From Paecilomyces variotii (lineage: Eukaryota), in assembly GCA_004022145.1 (NCBI GenBank), contig RCNU01000019.1: a stretch of 64,000 nucleotides of DNA, one strand, 5' to 3'. Below the pieces are notes generated by a model, which worked only from the letters and a program-made list of their open reading frames with translations, was not told where the DNA came from and made no database searches. Made by a program: the position numbers and the translations under genes. Positions 1 to 12,961 of the stretch are shown here, in pieces (within the stretch, counting starts at the first letter, position 1; each line of letters opens with the position of its first letter).

Positions 1-3000
1 GCTGCTCTTTCCAAAGGATAATCTTGAAACTTTCCCATCCATGTCGAGGATACATGACATGAGCGTATTATCTGCAGAGTCTACGCGCTCTACCTATTAT
101 CCGTGTCCTCAGCTATAATGCAGTCAGTCTATCATATGGGTTGACGATGGTGACCATCCCCTACATGGGTCTCGCTGCGAGCTCTAAACATGTTTAGATG
201 TGAGCAGCCCTGTAAACATTAAAGCGGGGATAACGGAATCAAGGACCTCGACGGATCGCAGCATCTGGTATAATGCAGTGTAGATACCTTTCACCGAAAT
301 GTGACGGCGGAATCTCTCCGTTGTTTTCTTTACTCCATTCTATACGCTGCAACGCCACTGTTCCTAGACAAGCCAGTCCTCCCAAATCCCCGGGGTGAAA
401 CCTAAGGACTAAACATTGATATTTTCTCGATTAAGAAAACCCCGCTTCTTGACCTACTATTGCACTTTATGTGTTGCGGTACTATTATCTATCCAAACAG
501 CTATTGAGGGACCCGCCAGCACCGCCACTTTACTTTGTGCTCCTTGCTGTCTGGTCTGGCGGAGGTAAAGTAAACGTCCATCTTAGAGATCCTGCAGCGG
601 ACGATCGGATTCAATAAAGGGATAGCTATTACTACTTGGCCTCTTTATGGTAAGCATGATGACCAACAGTATTAACTGGATATAATAATCTCAGAGAGCG
701 GTGTAGTAATCCGAACAAGGCATGGTATCGTTCCACATTCGTAAATAGCTCCTTTTTATAAGTTACATAGTACGTAAAGCACTATTCAAATTTCACAGGG
801 CATATCTAACAGCAAAGCAGAAGTGGCCTAGAAAAGACCTTGACATGTTAAACTTCTTCGCCAAGTTTAGATATCTTCATTATATCACATACCTCGACAG
901 ACGGAAATCGGGAGTCGAGGATTTTTATGTAATCTACATATGACGAACGAAAGCTGCAGTCAGATTCCAGCAGGAAGGAACGAGGAAAGGACCGATCCGC
1001 TTCATTGAGACCTACTGTAAGCGATCCAGATTGTTGGATTCATGACCATATACGTAGATACTGGTACTGTACTATACTCAGAACTACCTAATCGCATACC
1101 TCCCCCTTTCCCCTAGCGCGGTACGCTCGGGACGACCCGTATCTCTTGCAGGAAGATAATAACTATTCCACTATACCTTTACTGTTAAGGAGTATTCAAA
1201 TCAAAGAATCAGATATCTGTCTCTTGACTAGATGAGACAGTACTTATTCCGAGCCATCTCCGCACTCATGCGTGGTCTCCTCCAACAGTGTGGTCAAATT
1301 GGTGGAAACCGATAAGTTGTTCACCATATTCACCCTTGCTTGATAGAGTGCGATTTGTTGTTCTTCGCTCATTGAAACCCACTTGAAGACATAGCGGCGA
1401 TGGAGTCTTCAGCGGTGAATGGCAGAGCGGTTGATTCCGGCGTTTAAGAAATAGTAATATGGTATATTCTAGGGTTAGTACACTCGATAATACTGCGGTA
1501 TCGAGTCCCATATGCTAGTGCATTGAGTGGGGGGAGGAAGGGGAATGCGGAGCTGCAGGTTCTAGTGCTTCCACTCTCGATTCAAGTGAGACTCGAGTCA
1601 GTAATATCGATACCTTTCCTTTTAGGTAAGATAGCAGTGGTGCTCAGTGCCGACTAGTCAAATGCTCATCTCTTGGCAGTGAATATTGGAACTATAGCCG
1701 TGGGTCGTCGATCTCAAGGTATCTGACAGTTTTGAAAAAGCTTTTGTGATGGCTGAAGACAGTCTTGACTGTCCAAAAAAGAATCAAGCCTGCTTGGGCT
1801 AAAATATCCGATTCATCCATCCATCTCCATCTAATCGCTTTTCATGTCTTCAATGCTCCACAATATAAGGTCACCACCTATGTCAGTATCGCCAGGCCGC
1901 CAAGTCCGAAGATGCCCGTATAGGTATAAACCCGCAACCCTTCCTTCGGCATCAGCAAGGGGGGAGGGGAATATGTCAGATACCCTTCCCCCACATTTTG
2001 CGAGCTTTTTTTCCCTCAAGCCAACGGTGTAGCACCGCTAAAGAGCGCAGTGGAAGTTGCAGTATTCCAAGTGCAGTGTAACGTATACTTACTTCCCAGT
2101 GGAGATCTTCAACCCGAGACATGTATGTCGATAGCACGTTACTAGCATCTTCAACCTCGCCGTATCCTGTACTGATCGACCTCGCAGTTTTCTTCAAGCT
2201 ATGTGATCTGCAGGATGCATGAAGAGCTTAACGCGAAAGAAGCCTCCTTAGCACGAGAGGACGTTGGCGCTAGGACGGCTCCTATGTGGTATGATTGGAC
2301 CACCATAGGTACTGTATGGTACATAGTACCTATCCCTGCCTTGGACCTATGTGACAAGGGAGAGTCAAGAAGAGAAAAAAGGCTCCTTCTTTTTCCTTTT
2401 CATCAAGACAAGATTCCCAAAGTGTTGGGAAACGAGCAGGTTAGACGGGCCCCGTTTGCGTGAGAGTAGCCTGCAAGGGGTGGTGTTTTTTTGGAAAGAA
2501 AGTAGTCAAGGTACAGGCCATGTTTCAACGATGATCAGATACAGAGCAGGAAAAAAAAAGGTTGTCAAACAGAAAGAGGCCGGATTTATCGCAAGAGCTA
2601 GATTCTTATTAGGAATATCGGCTTTTAGCTTTTTCCGAAGGGATTTTCTTTGGTGGTTCAATAATACATACGTGAGTATTCGAGGAGATTCTGTGGGGAG
2701 ATTTCTTGGCATTCTACGTACTTATCGCGCGACAACAGTCGGGCATCTATCATCTACTACTCTACAGGATTGGAACTATGTGTACAAAACAATCAATGTT
2801 ATTGTCTTAGTCGACCGACCAGCGAAGAAGTAAGCTATTTATTTTTATCTGTATCTTTCAATAGTTCTGCATGGAAAGAAAGACACGCAGTTGATAGTCC
2901 ATCTGTAATTGGCACCAGTCCGGTAGTCAAACTGCATTTCGACGTTGGATTTGCGATGCGCTGGCGCTGTGTTTCTCCGGTCGACTACGTAGTAAACTGC

Positions 3001-3160
3001 AACACCTAGGCAACAGGGCGAGTACCCGTAGTTGTTTGTTTCTGTGTGTTTTTTTGTTTGGAATAGAAGTTGTTATTATTGTAGTAGGGATAGAACTGTA
3101 TTTTTATTCATGACTTCATACTGGCGTTGAATCAACATTTGAGTGCATAGTTATATGTAG

Positions 3161-3898
3161 ATACGTATCGGTTACCAAATATGGGGTACAAAGTCAGGTC
3201 AGAATATTCACTTCCCTCAGCCTCAGCGCCACAATCTCAGTGCTACTGACTGCGTTACACTTCCCGATATCCTGAGTGATGATTCTTATGATGCGCTTAA
3301 TGCTGCCGGCGAATACGGTAGTGTGTTTCGTGTTGACCATGGATACGCTGCATTAGGCTCAGATCGTGAACGCCAACCCCATGTAATCGTCTTGATCCAA
3401 CACTATTTTGACGGGAACGACAAGATTTCGCGCGCCGAGGTTTTAACAATCTTGATGACAATAACCACACAACTGGAACACAAGTCTCTTGATGCTCATT
3501 GTATTACTCCTGTGAGTGTGTGTGTGTGTCTTTGCTTCTCTGGACGTCGTTATCTCTAATTCTTGAATCATCAGTTCAACTAATCCATGGGAACTATTAG
3601 TTAGGTTATGATATTCTCCTTTATGAACTCATTCCAGGGGAGGGTCTTACAGGCCCACGTGACGGATAATGGGATTTCTATCAAGAAGTCTGAACTGTAC
3701 AACTTCAAGACACACACAGAACTTGAAGACTCGATGACTCTATTTTCACGATACATGGCAGGCTACAGAATAGGGGACACTGAAAAGTTTGTGATGTTCG
3801 ATATAAAAGCTCAAGAAATTCGAGCTATCACACCCGAGGTTGCTGCTCTCGACCTTAATAATATTACTTTAGCCGCCCAGGATTCGATTAGTGCCTAG
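3161..3898 (+). CDS. Hypothetical protein of a fungal accessory family; last two exons only (3161-3511, 3605-3898), 5' exon unresolved
   Basis: Open frame starts after an AG at 3160; gtgagt donor at 3512 and ttag acceptor at 3604 join ...HCITP|VMIFSFMNSFQGRVLQAH...LFSRYM, a P-V-x-x-x-S-F-M...GR-x-LQAH pattern I recall from uncharacterised Eurotiomycete proteins. No start codon located. Confidence 0.5.
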
Positions 3899-3975
3899 CA
3901 AGAGAAAATTTCGGCATAGTTGTATTTTGCCGCCGCTACCTGGAGCGACTCGGTGTATAAGCAATGCCTTGTCTC

Positions 3976-6611
3976 TTATATGCCCTGTTCGTTCATGATC
4001 GGAAAGTCGCTCAAGTTGTCGAAGAGCCCGGCCATCGCTTCGAATGTGTAGTCGGGAAGTCCAAGTCCGTAACGCAGTTCCTAGGTTATATGCATTAGAT
4101 CGCAGTGGGCATAGTCCGTGTTCGTATAGCAGACTTACAGGTAATAGCATCTCGATAGGATCGGTTTGAGGAACTGTGGTATATGATTGGTCATGGATAT
4201 GGGTGTTGCCAACAGAATCGGCTGCCGAGGCACGGATCTCTCGGAGATGATGGTTAATAATTTCGATCGATCTTCTCGCAACGATGGACTCATCCATTGC
4301 TGCTAGAATCTCCACGGCCTTGTGGACATGTCCTACCAAACGATCCGTCTCTGTAGAGGAGCCTATCGTAGTAATGCGCAGGAGGATAATGGCAGTTGCG
4401 AACATGACATAAGTCACGTTGTACCACCTATGTCCCGTATTGTTCAGTCATGAATCATGCAGTTTGGCGACAGTGTAACTCACCAACAACGGAAAAATGT
4501 ATGCATCGTGTATGTGTCGTGGATAATGTCAATTGTCTTTTCTGCTGAACTAAGGCATTTAGATACGGCAGCCTCGAGCTCAGCAGACGTATGCTCCGGG
4601 TTCCGAGCGGCGTGTGCGAGGAAAGGTCGAAATAAAAGCATCTTCACATTGTGATAACCTATGATTACACTCAGTATTGATCATGAATGAGTATTATCCA
4701 GGCCCCAGGTCTACTTACGCACACATAAAACCAGCCGCTGCCTGCGTGCCCACTTTGGATCTTTCAGAGAGGTAAAAGATTGCCTCTCCGCGAGCACATC
4801 CGGTCTTATTTTATGAGGAAGACCGGAGAGCCATGCATCCAGCTGTCGCTCTATCTTCGAGGAGAGCTGCAGCTTGTCCTGCAGAGGTGCCTTCGAGTGG
4901 TAGACTTTGACAGAGACCCTGCGGATTATCCGGGCAAAGTCAACCATCCAGGTCACAATGGCGTATTCAGAATCGTCTCGTTCAGGTAGGATGCGGTTGT
5001 GGTATTCGTCCATCCCGAGAGTGTCTGGACGTCCGAGAGCGAAGCTCATTTCTCTTGTATTACAGATCAGCCATTAGCTCGAAGAGGGGGCTTTTCTTTT
5101 TCAGGACTGGCTAACATTTCCAGAGAGTAGAGGCCCCTTAAGTTCAGAAAGTTAGCATTTACACATCAAGCATATCATGGTCATGGAGTATGTTTATTAC
5201 TCACCACCACATCTTTGAAATGGATTGTGAACGCTGGCTTTTAGGATCTCTGGTCTCTCGATTGAATCCGGCAGATAAGCAAGTCCGGATCGCGAGGCCC
5301 AAATACATATAGGCAACTGTGGGATGTCAGCAAGCCACTCGGGACAATACTGGCCCAGCTGCGCATACGGTTTGGATTTAGCTCGTTTTGGCATATTTTA
5401 GACTGCGACGAAGTTAGTTGACGAAAAGAAATCACCAACGAAGCAACCGAACTGACCATCAGATATAAACACTGTACCGTTTCTAAATCATTAGAAAAGC
5501 CGAGCTCCTTCAGACACATTTGTGCCTCTGAGAACAGTTTCCGACTCCATTCGAATCGCGTCATCCCAGACAGTTGGGATTCATCCCATACCCTCGTGAG
5601 GGCGCCAAGTGAGAGTAGACTGAGATAGAGCGCAAGGAAGCTCGGCTCCGGCGTTCGATCGCGGCCAAACCAGAGGTCGTGGACGCGAGCAGAGAAATCT
5701 TCCTTGTCTATCAGGGGGTGTAAGAGATTGAGATTCTCAAAGTAGCCTTCCATAAACACGTGAGCCTGCTCGAAGTAGAAGTTCTGATGCCTCGGAAGCA
5801 GCGTCTGCTTCCGTAGTGAGAATCCGGGGTTGTGCAGCGTCGATATGAGGGAGGAGGGAGAATCAGCCGCTCTGCCATGGTGCAGGTACTCCTTTAGCTG
5901 TGGTCGACATGCATTCTGCAAATAGCCAAGGAAAGCAGCAGAAGAACTATTCCCATAGAACTCGATGCTGTTCGTATGCTCATTGACGCCGCTGATCTCT
6001 TCATCAAGGCTCTCAGACGTTACATCATTGAACACGGGAGATGGAGACGACGCGTACGCTGCTCTCCGTTCGCTGGATCGAGGTGTCAGAATCGCATTGA
6101 TATCAGGGTCCGAGGCCGTTTCCATAGAAGTAGGCACTCCGTCGGATGGATGATCACGCTGGGATTGGATTATCTGGAGCTGAGACGTCAACGCAGCGAC
6201 TTTATCCTCTAGTTCGCGAATGTAGCTGCCGTATATACGTTAGAAGATCATTTTTGACATTGTAACTTCTGCATATGGTCCTGGATATCTTCTTGGATGG
6301 GGAAAGGGTTCAGGACAAATACCTTGCAGATCTGCTGCTCTCCCTCTGGTGGTAGTCGCCTGCGTAGACACATTCTCGTTTGCTTTCTGCAGTGACGCAG
6401 GTCAGGTCGCAAGGACTACACTTTCATCCCAATGGCATATATGAGGTTCCTTACTTCTACATCGTGAGCACGGGTATTGCTCGTCGCATTTGTACTTTTT
6501 GAATCGACACCTTTCGCATGCTTGGGCGGCTCGTTGCTGCTTCGGTCTTTTGCGAACGGCTTCATTTGATGCTGTGCGAACCGCAGGTCCTGGACTTGAT
6601 CGATGCTCCAT
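3976..6611 (-). CDS. Zn(II)2Cys6 fungal-specific transcription factor (multi-exon)
   Basis: N-terminal ACERCRFKKYKCDEQYPCSRC binuclear cluster; middle homology region (EFYGNSS, YFENLNLLHPLID, SFALGRP); last exon ELRYGLG...NEQGI* ends at 3976 after a gtaagt intron. Confidence 0.92.
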
Positions 6612-7064
6612 ATTAATAGTGCAGCAAGAGCAGACGCGCCAGGTCAGGACTTCTGTAGAAACCGGAGCAGCATTCTCACTCCGATGTTTCCTCTTATCCG
6701 GGAGCGCGACGTGGAAGTGCCGGCTTGTTTCACATGATCAACAGGTGCACGTGGGGCTTGCAAGGATAAGTAAGTAGTTAAGTAGTTAGGGAAGGGATTT
6801 GTTGCCGCGCGTCATTAGTAGAACTGCATAAATTCTAGGTGCAGAAAGAGGGATGTTGTTAGATGAGATGCTTGGCAGATTAAGTAAGTACCTATCTTAG
6901 GAAACCTACCCTTTCTGAATTCTAATTATATATAATATCTGTGGAGACTGCTTCTAGTCCGACAATCCACAACACACTGCAGAAGGCAACAAATCGCCAC
7001 AAGGCATGTACCATAATCCGCTCGCACTAGTAAACATCAGTCGTGTCAGAGAAAAGTACTGTTA

Positions 7065-8832
7065 TCATAGCACTGATGTAGGGGAAGATGTGCCATCCGA
7101 GAACAACTCTGGACTACGAGCTACAGCATTTTCCACTTCTTTGATCGCGTCATACCCGTAGATCCAAGGCTGAACTTCAGGGCAGGTCCTGCAATGCAGG
7201 TAAGTATAATAAGACAAATACTACAGTAAAGAGTTGATACATACCATCTGCTTGGGAAGGCCCCTTTGAGTTCCTTTCCGAGCTGCGAAAGGAATATCTC
7301 GTCCCGTTTACGTTGTTTTTCTCCGTCGGGAAGGTGGAAATCATGTCTCTGTGAGATGGATCTTGAATTTAGGAAATCCGGGGAAACAAAAGCCAATATC
7401 GAGACGTGTAAAGTGGGATACCTGTTTAAACGTTTCGCGTGCAATTGCTTCACCTCTCGACTTGCGAAGACTCTGATACAGTCGAAGGACACCTGGCAGA
7501 TCAGACTTCCTCTTTAAATGCCTGAGGAGCGACCCAAGCACAGCTCCATCTTCCATGGAAGAATTGGCTCCTTGAGCAAGATATGGTAGCATCGGGTGGC
7601 AAGAGTCGCCGCTACATAGCGTCAGTACGGCATCTGTTCACTCTAGCCCCGAGACTTTTCCCCTACTCACAGGAAAACCAGGTTTGAGGCATCATTTACC
7701 CAGTCGGTCATTTCGGCACCTATGCATGTACAGTTAGAACCCATAAAGAGGAATAATCGCGACAAAACCAGAGCAGTGAGCCTCTTACGATGCATCAGCT
7801 TCCACTTGTCAACCTTGTCAACACAGCCCAAGAACTCATTCAGGCTTGCAGTATATGTTAGCAAAACTGTTTTTATGAGATATAATAGAGGATCTTCGTC
7901 ATGGATCACTTACATGGGATCCCATCCATCGAAAAGCTTACGCATCTGATCAACAGAGCCGGGCTGTCTGGCGACGCCCGTTGGCAGATCGTCCGGAACG
8001 AGAAGTACGATGTTGTACATCTTGCCAGCCCTCAAGGAATAACCTACGACGTGAGCTCCAGGCCCAATCCAGAAGTGCACTTCGGAATTCTCGACCCAGG
8101 CTCTCAGTTTGGAGTCTTTGATTTGGTCCGTTGTGAGGACGATACGGTATGCTAAGTCCCCGGTTGGCAAGGGCTCATCCTTGCCTCCGAGGAAGGATTC
8201 GCGACATCGAGACCATAAGCCATCAGCTGCGACGATGAGATCACCGGAGAATGTAGCTCCTGTGTCTGCCTGGACAGTCGGGCCCGAGAAATCAATAGAC
8301 TCCACGCGCTGGCCGAAGGAGAAGGTCACACCTAGCTCAACGGATCGGCCGTATAGAGCTTGTTGCACATCACAGCGGTGGAAGTCAATGAATGAAGCTC
8401 CATACTTTGCTCGGGTATGTTGGTCAAAAGGGCGATCCTCTGCCAGCTTTTCGCCAGAATACCGGTGTACGGTCAATGCTGTTGGTTCCGCACCAGTCTC
8501 CCAGAGCGACTCAAAAACTTCCCAATGCTTTAGAAGACGAGATGCATTAGGTGTAATTTGCAGTCCAGCGCCAACCTTTCTGAAATTCAGCATTCAACAA
8601 AAGTGAAGTACTTGGGTTTCGAGGAAGGCAACTCACCTCGACAAGCTCTTTCGCAGATTCAACCACATGTACTGAATGCCCGGCCATTGCACATGAGCAG
8701 GCAGCAGACAAACCACCAAGTCCAGCACCTACCACTAAGATTTGTAGTTTCCTGTCCTCAGTGGACTAAACGTGCAGAAGTAGCTTTAGTGGCTGGGACT
8801 TTCATGAATAGTCAAGGACAACAACTTACCAT
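7065..8832 (-). CDS. FAD-dependent monooxygenase, salicylate hydroxylase-like (group A flavoprotein); multi-exon
   Basis: VVGAGLGGL dinucleotide-binding motif, VGAGLQITPN, LIVAADGLWS (DG motif), DSCHPMLPYLAQGANSSMEDG (GD motif). First exon is ATG alone (8832-8830) followed by a gtaagt intron ending at 8766; last exon ends ...PTSVL* at 7065. Confidence 0.92.
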
Positions 8833-9560
8833 GATTGCACCTATAGTAAATCAAATGAATGATGGTAACAATATATCCAGACACAAACGATTCCGTCTAC
8901 TATAGTTCCAAAGTAAAGATTGGTTCCTTAAATGATCCTTACACCTCGATGTAAACGATATACCATGTAAAAAGACAGCCACAGAAATTAGCCCGGGTGC
9001 CAGTATAGATTTCAGGACCCTCATGACAGGGGTAATATAGCCAACTGGACACAATTCTCCGCGATACAGCCTTCGGAATTTCCGTGCTTCATATTCTCCA
9101 TTTTCTAACATCTCAAACATTAAAGTCTCTGGATGACTGCGTGGAATGTCTCGGATATCCCGACTGTCCTCACGTAAACCATACAATGAGACAGGACATG
9201 CAAATAATGCACGCCAAGGTCGCTGCTGTAATTAATATGCATTGCTCCCACAGCATGGTTAACATGGACTGTAGAAGCCAAGAATGGCTAAAAGAAAGGC
9301 CTATTTATTTTGGACCGTCTGGGGGAAACTCGCTTGAAAGTTTATGCGGGGTAACACTTTCGCTGTTGCTCCGATGCTCCCCGCTTCGTCCGGTGCTCAA
9401 CCGATGGGAGATCTTGCAGCCGTGGGCTGAATCCTACATATTCTTTGGTGTAGACTAAATCTAATATAAATTCGATCAGATAAGTTAAAGATCTCGTCTT
9501 AAAACTAATCACAATATCTATGTAACACGTTGCCGTGTGAAAACTTCATTGGCCGGTATC
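8833..9560. promoter_or_regulatory. Divergent promoter shared by the monooxygenase and dehydrogenase, with two CGG-N5-CCG sites and three SYGGRG (CreA-type) sites
   Basis: CGGAATTTCCG at 9074-9084 and CGGATATCCCG at 9152-9162; CTGGGG at 9319, GCGGGG at 9346, CCCCGC at 9379. Function is inferred. Confidence 0.5.
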
Positions 9561-10833
<1,273 letters not shown>

Positions 10834-11429
10834 AAAACTACGATCGGAATAGATCGTTTTCGACTAACTCATTGTCCTTGTACAAGACAGTCACTAAGTG
10901 AGCAGATTCTTTACCTTATCTTAGCCTAAAGAGAGTTGCGCGGATCCGGATACTCTCATATTAGAAAGATGATAAGCAAGTAGTGTAGCCTACGATGGTT
11001 CTCAGGATAGATCCTGACGATAATAAGGTCCTTGATAGCCTAGAGACATGCTACTATTTATTGGCAAAGTAAGGGTGGGAAAAGCCAAGGTTCTATTCTA
11101 TAAGGTAACTAGCTATAGGACCATTAGGGGGCGATAGGTGGTAGATAGCTGCCTAGTAGCCATACTAGAATAAAAGGCAGGCATAATAAATGCGTTATCA
11201 TCATGAAATCCTACGGCGTTCATCAAGTTGGAAAGCACTTTGGCGGAAGACTCCATAAACATTATGTCTCTAACCACGTTCCGCAACGCATGGGGAACTC
11301 AGCGCCCATTGCATATGGACGATATACCGTTGCTCTCTATCCCTGCAGCATATCAAAGTGTGCCCGACGAATTCCACTTGTTTTCTGTCTACGACCACTT
11401 TCTTGTGGTAGTCAGTACAGAGAAAAATA

Positions 11430-12329
11430 TTATGGCAGGGTCAAAAAGAAGGCCCCGGCATATTGCTCGAGGACCGAGTCCGGAAGTGAGATTTCATCTT
11501 GCATGATTCTAGGAGGTTTGGTATCAAAAATCTCACTCAGCGGAAGTATCAGTGGAGCATTGGTAACAATTGGCGGACTATCGTTTGGTTTCATAATCGT
11601 CAATTGCTGTATTCTGGTGGGTCTTTTGGCTGGATTTGCTGATCTTGTCCGCTGTGGCCGTGGATGAGAAACGTTTTGCCATCTTTCGATGGTGATTATT
11701 TTGCGATCAATAGAGCCATGTATGAGTATGACAATCTTAATGCGCTCATTAGTCTGAGTTAGCCAGAAATGCGCATCATTACGCAACTTATTGAGGCCTT
11801 CACTGAGGCCAGCCTCAATAACAAGTGTCGAGCAGTCATCTTTATTCGGACGCGTGTTGGTAGGACAGAAACTATTGTCTGGTTCTTTTTGACGCGAATT
11901 ATTGCCCTGTTGACGACCAGCGCCTTCGACCACAAACTCATTAAATTCGAGTCCCATGTTTCGCAACTGCTCACAGATGATAAACATAAGTTGCGTGTGG
12001 AGTCTCTCATGGCGCCGTGAAACAAACTTGATGATGAGTTTTCCCGTGGGATCATCATAGCACAATCGCATTGGAGGAAGTCGCCGATGGTTTGCATCGA
12101 GCCAGTCGATAATTTTTTCAGTCACGCCTCCTACCATGACATATTGTTGGTTATTGTCTCTTTCAAAATTCTTGAACGAGTCTTCCAGAAAGCGTGTGAA
12201 CCTTCTATGGTTCTGGAAATGATGACTGGGTAAAAGTCCATAGGTAGGGTCGTAATGGCTATCTGAGATTAGGACCTGGGATGAGCTAAGCTCTGGAGTA
12301 GTAGAGGAACGAGGTAAGATAGAAGCCAT
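11430..12329 (-). CDS. Intronless PD-(D/E)xK restriction-endonuclease-fold protein (Uma2/Crinkler-REase-like), about 299 aa
   Basis: First ATG at 12329. Pattern LIIK...HE...KEPDNSFCP...TLVIEAGLSE...LRNDAHFWL...VILI matches the E...PD...E-x-x-x-S-E catalytic arrangement of fungal Uma2-like REases. Confidence 0.75.
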   Translation of the reverse strand: MASILPRSSTTPELSSSQVLISDSHYDPTYGLLPSHHFQNHRRFTRFLEDSFKNFERDNNQQYVMVGGVTEKIIDWLDANHRRLPPMRLCYDDPTGKLIIKFVSRRHERLHTQLMFIICEQLRNMGLEFNEFVVEGAGRQQGNNSRQKEPDNSFCPTNTRPNKDDCSTLVIEAGLSEGLNKLRNDAHFWLTQTNERIKIVILIHGSIDRKIITIERWQNVSHPRPQRTRSANPAKRPTRIQQLTIMKPNDSPPIVTNAPLILPLSEIFDTKPPRIMQDEISLPDSVLEQYAGAFFLTLP

Positions 12330-12961
12330 GACAACGATATTAATAAAGCAACAAACGGAGTTAGACCGAGGTCCAGTGGTTATGAAACGAGGAATAATCA
12401 CTGGTGATTCCGAGGATGAGATGAAGTTGCAGACTTGTCATTTCGGGAGATTATTAAACTGGCTAGCTCCAGCGAAGTACATGTGTATGTCGAAGCTTGT
12501 TCAATTCATTCTGCTATATTCTTGGCTTGATGAGCAGAGATATGTACTTGAGGAGGAGAGAAGACGGATGACTAGAGTAGTTGATTAGGAGAATTAGAGT
12601 AAGTCAGAACGACCGACTTATTTTATGCACGAGCAAGACAGCCTATTTGGGAACTCAGGGCATAGGGTTGGTCTGTGCACGTTGACCCGTGGACCCGGGG
12701 CTCAATTACCCGAAGAGGCTTAGTAGATCACCAAAATAGTAAGTCCACGTTCACTGAGCTATCACGGGGTTTCTTGGCATTATCCTACAACGCTAACCTG
12801 TTTCGGTCAGATAGCTCCCAAATTTTCTGTTGCTCGAAAATAGTCGAGCGCGACTGAAGATTATCAAACATCTGACACGAAGAACTTCGCAGAGATCTAA
12901 AATAATATTTATTTGTTTGAATAAGTTACTTGGTGTGCGCTTTTTTACGCTTCGAATCAGA

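Noticed and set aside
11160-12650. Terminal inverted repeats around the REase gene
   Set aside because: Best match (gcataataaa versus gcataaaataa) is short and AT-rich; not significant.
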